Assembly: GCA_046484135.1 (NCBI GenBank)
Contig: JAWOBU010000255.1
Coordinates: forward strand, 1-20,643
Direction: 5' to 3'
Origin: a bacterium
GTDB lineage: Bacteria > RBG-13-61-14 > DATKZS01
DNA: 20,643 nt
Below the pieces are notes generated by a model. The model did not search any database and was not told where the DNA came from. It worked only from the letters and a program-made list of their open reading frames with translations. Made by a program: the position numbers and the translations under genes. Shown here in pieces: positions 16,584 to 20,643 of this stretch (positions within the stretch are counted from its first letter, which is position 1; each line of letters begins with the position of its first letter).

Positions 16584-18224
16584 ATGTCGAAAAAGCCACT
16601 CAACTTTATATGGACCTGCCTTTTTGTTCTGGCCTTCTTGACCGCCGGCGATAAGGGGTACGCCGCGGAGCCGGAGCACATCTGCACAAGACCGGTGCAG
16701 ACGCAGGAAGGACCGGTTATTGGCGCGCCGGTGCAGGAAGGCCGGGCCTGTGTTTACAAAGGCATACCTTATGCCGCCCCGCCGCTCGGTAAGTTGCGCT
16801 TTCGACCGCCCGAGCCTCCTGCGGAAAGGGAGAGCGCCCTCAAAGCGCTGGAGTTCGCACCCGAGTGCATGCAGCGCGACGAGTTCAGTTGGACGGCCGG
16901 CGGAAGCCCGGTAACCGAGCTCAGCGAGGACTGCTTATACCTTAACATCTGGCGTCCTGCCCGGGAGGGCCGTTTTCCGGTGCTGGTTTTTATTCACGGC
17001 GGCTGGTTTGTTTCCGGCTCCGGCGCTCGGCCCTCCTGGCAGGGGGACCGTCTGGCCGCGCAAAAGGACCTGGTGGTGGTCACCATAAACTACCGGCTCG
17101 GCGCTTTCGGCTTTCTCGCCCTTCCTGCGCTTGCCGAAGAAGACCCTGATAACAGCACCGGCAACTACGGCCTCATGGACCAGGTCCGGGCGCTTGAATG
17201 GATAAAAAATAACATCCACGGATTCGGCGGAGACCCGTGGCGGATAACCGTGGCCGGAAGCGGCGCCGGGGCCTCGAGCGTGTGCGCGCTTTTGACCTCG
17301 CCCGCCGCCCAGGGACTCATCCACCGGGCGATCATGCAAAGCGGAGGATGCCGGGCCTCCCGCGTCCGAGAGGATGCATACCGCCGAGGCGAAGAGCTTG
17401 CGCGCAAGCTGGGATGCTCCGGAGCGAGTGCACCCTCCTGCCTGCGGAACAAGCCCGCCGAAAAGATCGTGAAAGCCACTCCGGAAAAAAACGACCTCCG
17501 CGACTGGTTCGACTTTGCTTTCCTGCCGGTGGAAGACGGACACGTGGTTTTGGACACTCCTCTTTCCCGGATCAACGAGGGGGACTACTACCGGGTGCCG
17601 GTGATAGTTGGCAGCAACCGCAACGAGGCCCATTTCCTGACCCTGGAGTACCCGGGCCTGCGGCTGGCTTTCGAGTTCACCATGCGGCGCTTTATGGAGG
17701 ACATCCTGGGGGAGGACGGCCTTTACGGCCTGGACCATTTTTATACCTTGAGCCACTACCGGCGGCCCGCGGACCAGGCGCTCCACGCTTTTGGCGACCT
17801 GGTCTTCGGCTGTCCCGCCCTGGAGGCGGCCGAGGCCCTTTCCCGAAAGCAGGAGAGCGTTTACTACTACTCTTTTGATTACGATGAGCACATGTACACC
17901 AAGATGGTGGGCGCCGCCCGCGGCTTCGAGGTCCCCTTTATATTCGACACCCTGGACAGGAAGCCCCATAACCTGGTCTACGCCATTCACCAGCGGGACA
18001 ACGCCCGACCGCTGATTGACGTCATGACCGGCTTCTGGACGAGACTCGCGGCCAAGGGGGACCCCAACCATCCGTCGCTCCCTCTCTGGCCGGCCTACCA
18101 GCAGGAACGAAGGCAAAAGATGTATCTTGACCTGCCGGCTTTTGCCATACATACTGACAACATGGAAAGGTGCCGGTACTGGAGACAACACGGATTGGTC
18201 CTGAACCAACAAAAGGAGGACTGA
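16584..18224 (+). CDS. Secreted type-B carboxylesterase/cholinesterase-fold protein, probably catalytically inactive
   Basis: Signal peptide; KGIPYAAPPLGKLRFRPP, SEDCLYLNIW, VFIHGGW, NYRLGAFGFL, GNYGLMDQ, FGGDP, RAIMQSG, GSNRNE. The nucleophile elbow is GSGAG and the His motif is GAARGFE. The start could also be TTG 16581. Confidence 0.92.
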   Translation: MSKKPLNFIWTCLFVLAFLTAGDKGYAAEPEHICTRPVQTQEGPVIGAPVQEGRACVYKGIPYAAPPLGKLRFRPPEPPAERESALKALEFAPECMQRDEFSWTAGGSPVTELSEDCLYLNIWRPAREGRFPVLVFIHGGWFVSGSGARPSWQGDRLAAQKDLVVVTINYRLGAFGFLALPALAEEDPDNSTGNYGLMDQVRALEWIKNNIHGFGGDPWRITVAGSGAGASSVCALLTSPAAQGLIHRAIMQSGGCRASRVREDAYRRGEELARKLGCSGASAPSCLRNKPAEKIVKATPEKNDLRDWFDFAFLPVEDGHVVLDTPLSRINEGDYYRVPVIVGSNRNEAHFLTLEYPGLRLAFEFTMRRFMEDILGEDGLYGLDHFYTLSHYRRPADQALHAFGDLVFGCPALEAAEALSRKQESVYYYSFDYDEHMYTKMVGAARGFEVPFIFDTLDRKPHNLVYAIHQRDNARPLIDVMTGFWTRLAAKGDPNHPSLPLWPAYQQERRQKMYLDLPAFAIHTDNMERCRYWRQHGLVLNQQKED

Positions 18225-18225
18225 C

Positions 18226-18624
18226 ATGGAACTTGTACGAAAACACTTCACCAGGATTTGCGTGGCCGGCTTTATCATCACTAGTGGCTTCGGGGTCATA
18301 CTTACTTTGTGGCCGGATTTCGTGGCCTCCATCGTGGGCGCAGCCGTTCCCAACACCTTCTTCGCCAGGCTACTCGGAGTGGTGCTGGTGCCAATGGGGC
18401 TGTGCTATTTGTTCGCGCTGATCTACAACCAGTCCAAGAACCCCTTGCTGTCGGTAGTGACCGTGGAAAAGCTACTGGCCGTGGCCTACATGATTACCGC
18501 CCTGGCCAAAAGCCAGGCCGGATGGGCTGTCATCCTCATGATCATCGTGGACTTAGCTCTTCTGGTGCTGGGGACCATGGCCCTGTTCGTGCCGGACGAG
18601 CAAAGCAACGAAATATCTACATAA
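18226..18624 (+). CDS. Small integral membrane protein (about 4 TM helices), 132 aa
   Basis: SD AAGGAGG, starts 1 nt after the upstream stop, four hydrophobic segments. Confidence 0.8.
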   Translation: MELVRKHFTRICVAGFIITSGFGVILTLWPDFVASIVGAAVPNTFFARLLGVVLVPMGLCYLFALIYNQSKNPLLSVVTVEKLLAVAYMITALAKSQAGWAVILMIIVDLALLVLGTMALFVPDEQSNEIST

Positions 18625-18676
18625 AGCGCGGCCGCGATCAAACCGGTCCGGAAAAATGCGGCCCTTGTAAAACCGA

Positions 18677-18704
18677 TTGCATGATTACATCGTTATGGTA
18701 ATAT
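18677..18704 (+). promoter_or_regulatory. Putative sigma70 promoter for the PD40 gene
   Basis: TTGCAT-16 nt-TAATAT with a TG extension (TGgTAATAT), ending 6 nt before ATG 18711. Confidence 0.45.
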
Positions 18705-18710
18705 TGAGGA

Positions 18711-19991
18711 ATGAATAAAATGAACCGGAGCATGAAATACGTTGCGGGAGTTGTGATCAGCCTGCTGCTGGGACTGGCGATAAGCGCCGGGCCGGGAAAG
18801 GAACAGACCGACAAGATGCCCTCGCCTTTCACTCCTTCCCCTTCCCAAAAGAACGATTCCCTGGCAAGCAAGGCCACTAACCTGGGGGAAAAGGTCAACT
18901 CGGAGAGCTCGGACATAGGTCCGATAATCTCGCCGGACGGCAACTCCCTGTTTTTCACGTCTGACCGGGAAGGCGGGGTTGGAGGTCAGGACGTGTGGGT
19001 AAGCCAGCGCAAGGACGGCGAGTGGCAGGCCGCCCGGAACATCGGCCCTCCCATCAACACCCCGGGCAACGAAGGTCCGGACTGCTTTTCCCCCTCTGAA
19101 CAGGCTTTGTACTTCACCGCCTGTGACCGGGAGGAGGACACCGAGGGAGAATGCGATATCTACGTGTCCTTCCGCTTTGACGGTCAATGGTCCAAGCCGG
19201 CCAACCTGGGCCCGCCCGTCAACACCGAGCATAACGAGATGAACGCGTCCGTGTCTCCGGACGGCGATTTCATTATCTTCGCCTCCGACCGGCCGGGCGG
19301 ACAGGGAGGCACTGATCTGTGGATGGCGGAGCGGGGTAAGAAGCTCTCCAGGCTTCACCCGGGCTTTGAAACGGAAGGCAGGTGGAAAAATCCCCGCAAC
19401 CTGGGCCCGGAGATCAACACCCCGGAGTGGGAGGGGATCGGCTTTCTGATGCCCAATAAAGAGACCCTTTACTTCAGCAGCCAGGGTCATGGCGGCTTCG
19501 GGGGCGCCGACATTTTCCGGGCGGAGTTTACGGACGGCGATTGGAAGAACGTCGAGAACGTGGGCGAAATAATAAACACCTCTCACGACGACATTTACTT
19601 CACTCTGCCGGCGTCGGGCGACTTGGCCTATTTCAGCTCCGACATGAGCGGCGGCTTCGGGCAAGAGGACATCTACTCCATTCCGGTTCCGTGTCTTATA
19701 CCCAGTTCAAAGCTGGTGATCATCCGGGGCAAAGTCATTGATGCGGGCACGGGCGAGCCTGTAAAGGCGACCATCAAAGTTTCCGACCCGGCGACGGCGC
19801 GGGAGGTTGCCGAGGTCCGGTCATCTTCGCGCACCGGCTCCTACCGGGTGGCGGTCAAGCTTACGCGGCTGAAGCTGATGGTCTCGGAGGCGTCCCACCA
19901 GAGCTATACCGAGACCATTGAAGTAAAACAGGACAAGCCGATTTCAGTGCTCGAGAAAGAGATCAGTCTGTCGGCAAAAAAAGAGCAATGA
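18711..19991 (+). CDS. Exported PD40 (WD40-like) beta-propeller protein with a C-terminal carboxypeptidase-regulatory-like beta-sandwich
   Basis: Signal peptide; five repeats of the form NLGxxVNT...P.ISPDG..LFFxSDR.GG.GG.D(L/I)(W/Y); C-terminal IRGKVIDAGTGEPVKATI. Alternative start at ATG 18720, with GAGGA as SD. Confidence 0.88.
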   Translation: MNKMNRSMKYVAGVVISLLLGLAISAGPGKEQTDKMPSPFTPSPSQKNDSLASKATNLGEKVNSESSDIGPIISPDGNSLFFTSDREGGVGGQDVWVSQRKDGEWQAARNIGPPINTPGNEGPDCFSPSEQALYFTACDREEDTEGECDIYVSFRFDGQWSKPANLGPPVNTEHNEMNASVSPDGDFIIFASDRPGGQGGTDLWMAERGKKLSRLHPGFETEGRWKNPRNLGPEINTPEWEGIGFLMPNKETLYFSSQGHGGFGGADIFRAEFTDGDWKNVENVGEIINTSHDDIYFTLPASGDLAYFSSDMSGGFGQEDIYSIPVPCLIPSSKLVIIRGKVIDAGTGEPVKATIKVSDPATAREVAEVRSSSRTGSYRVAVKLTRLKLMVSEASHQSYTETIEVKQDKPISVLEKEISLSAKKEQ

Positions 19992-20643
19992 TAGACTCGG
20001 CATCGCCCCTTCTTTTCTACTTGATTACGGGACTGCCTATAGCCGGGCTGGCCCTGATGGCCCTTTTTCTTTTCTCACTGTCCACCAAAAAGGACCGGTT
20101 CATTATACCGGCCACGGTGCTCATCTTCCTGGCCCTGGCGGGATGGGGAGCCGCGGTCGAGTACGGCCACCTGCTCAAAAAGCCGGACCGGGAAGAACCG
20201 CAGGTCCGGCAAGTAACCCGGACCGAGCCCGCCGCCTATGAGGAAGAAACCGCTTACATTGACGAAGAGCCGGAGGAAAGAACCGAGCTTCAGAGCAAGG
20301 GAAGAGACAGGGGCGGAACCGGCAGGCTTATCCCGGCCCCCCGCCGGCGGAAGGTGGTCAACAGGGACTCCGACCGGGACGATTCCAGCGCTTCCCGCCG
20401 AAAAATTATCCGGAGGCGGGCCGCCACCTCTTCCAGCCGAACAAAAGAGTCAACTACCGCAAGACGGGAAGAGCCCCCGCCCGTGCGCCAGCCGGAGCCC
20501 GAGCCGGAAACGCGCCAGCCAAAACCCTCCCGCACCACCGAGCCTGCGCCCGCTCCCGAGCCGTCCCGGGAGCCACGTTCCACGCCCACGCCATCCCCCC
20601 CCGCACGGTCCGGAAGTGCCAACCTGACAGTCAAAATCCGCGG
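19988..20643 (+). CDS. Membrane-anchored protein with a long charged, Pro-rich linker (3'-partial; not in the ORF track)
   Basis: ATGA overlap with the PD40 gene stop. Manual translation MIDSASPLLFYLITGLPIAGLALMALFLFSLSTKKDRFIIPATVLIFLALAGWGAAVEYG...EEPPPVRQPEPEPETRQPKPSRTTEPAPAPEPSREPRSTPTPSPPARSGSANLTVKIR has no stop before the window end. Confidence 0.85.
   Translation, partial: MIDSASPLLFYLITGLPIAGLALMALFLFSLSTKKDRFIIPATVLIFLALAGWGAAVEYGHLLKKPDREEPQVRQVTRTEPAAYEEETAYIDEEPEERTELQSKGRDRGGTGRLIPAPRRRKVVNRDSDRDDSSASRRKIIRRRAATSSSRTKESTTARREEPPPVRQPEPEPETRQPKPSRTTEPAPAPEPSREPRSTPTPSPPARSGSANLTVKIR

Noticed and set aside
18625..18670. CGCGGCCGCG palindrome after the 4-TM gene as a terminator
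   Set aside because: Too short to form a stem with a loop, no U-tract, and likely by chance at this GC content.
18880..19680. Recurring AACCTGGG...TCAACAC DNA motifs as a possible repeat array or CRISPR
   Set aside because: They are degenerate, in frame, and encode the PD40 blade repeats (NLGxxVNT).
20238..20634. ORF-track calls 20238-20627 (+) and 20290-20634 (-)
   Set aside because: Both are alternative frames of the better-supported gene starting at 19988.

Overview
A GC-rich, densely coding bacterial window with 16 supportable CDSs. I saw no RNA genes, mobile elements or CRISPR arrays. In order: recG (open at the 5' edge), a membrane-anchored hypothetical, a small Cys-rich protein (-), an aldehyde dehydrogenase (-), a secreted GH127 glycosidase, a C-GCAxxG-C-C redox protein, oppB and oppA (-) with no oppC/D/F, two tandem multi-pass GT-C-like/TPR proteins (-), mnmE, a membrane-bound CX5R phosphatase, a secreted type-B carboxylesterase homologue, a 4-TM protein, a PD40 beta-propeller protein, and a Pro-rich membrane protein that runs off the 3' edge and is missing from the ORF track. 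Three observations stand out. (1) The carboxylesterase homologue has lost both its catalytic Ser (GESAG to GSGAG, the elbow seen in animal neuroligins) and its catalytic His (to Arg), so it looks like a secreted pseudoenzyme paired with a small membrane protein. (2) A TMTC-like glycosyltransferase carries an N-terminal HTH-like domain and sits next to a second GT-C/TPR gene. (3) Four genes have -10 boxes only 6-11 nt upstream of the ATG, which suggests leaderless or near-leaderless mRNAs. All family calls come from motifs recognised by eye; no searches were run.
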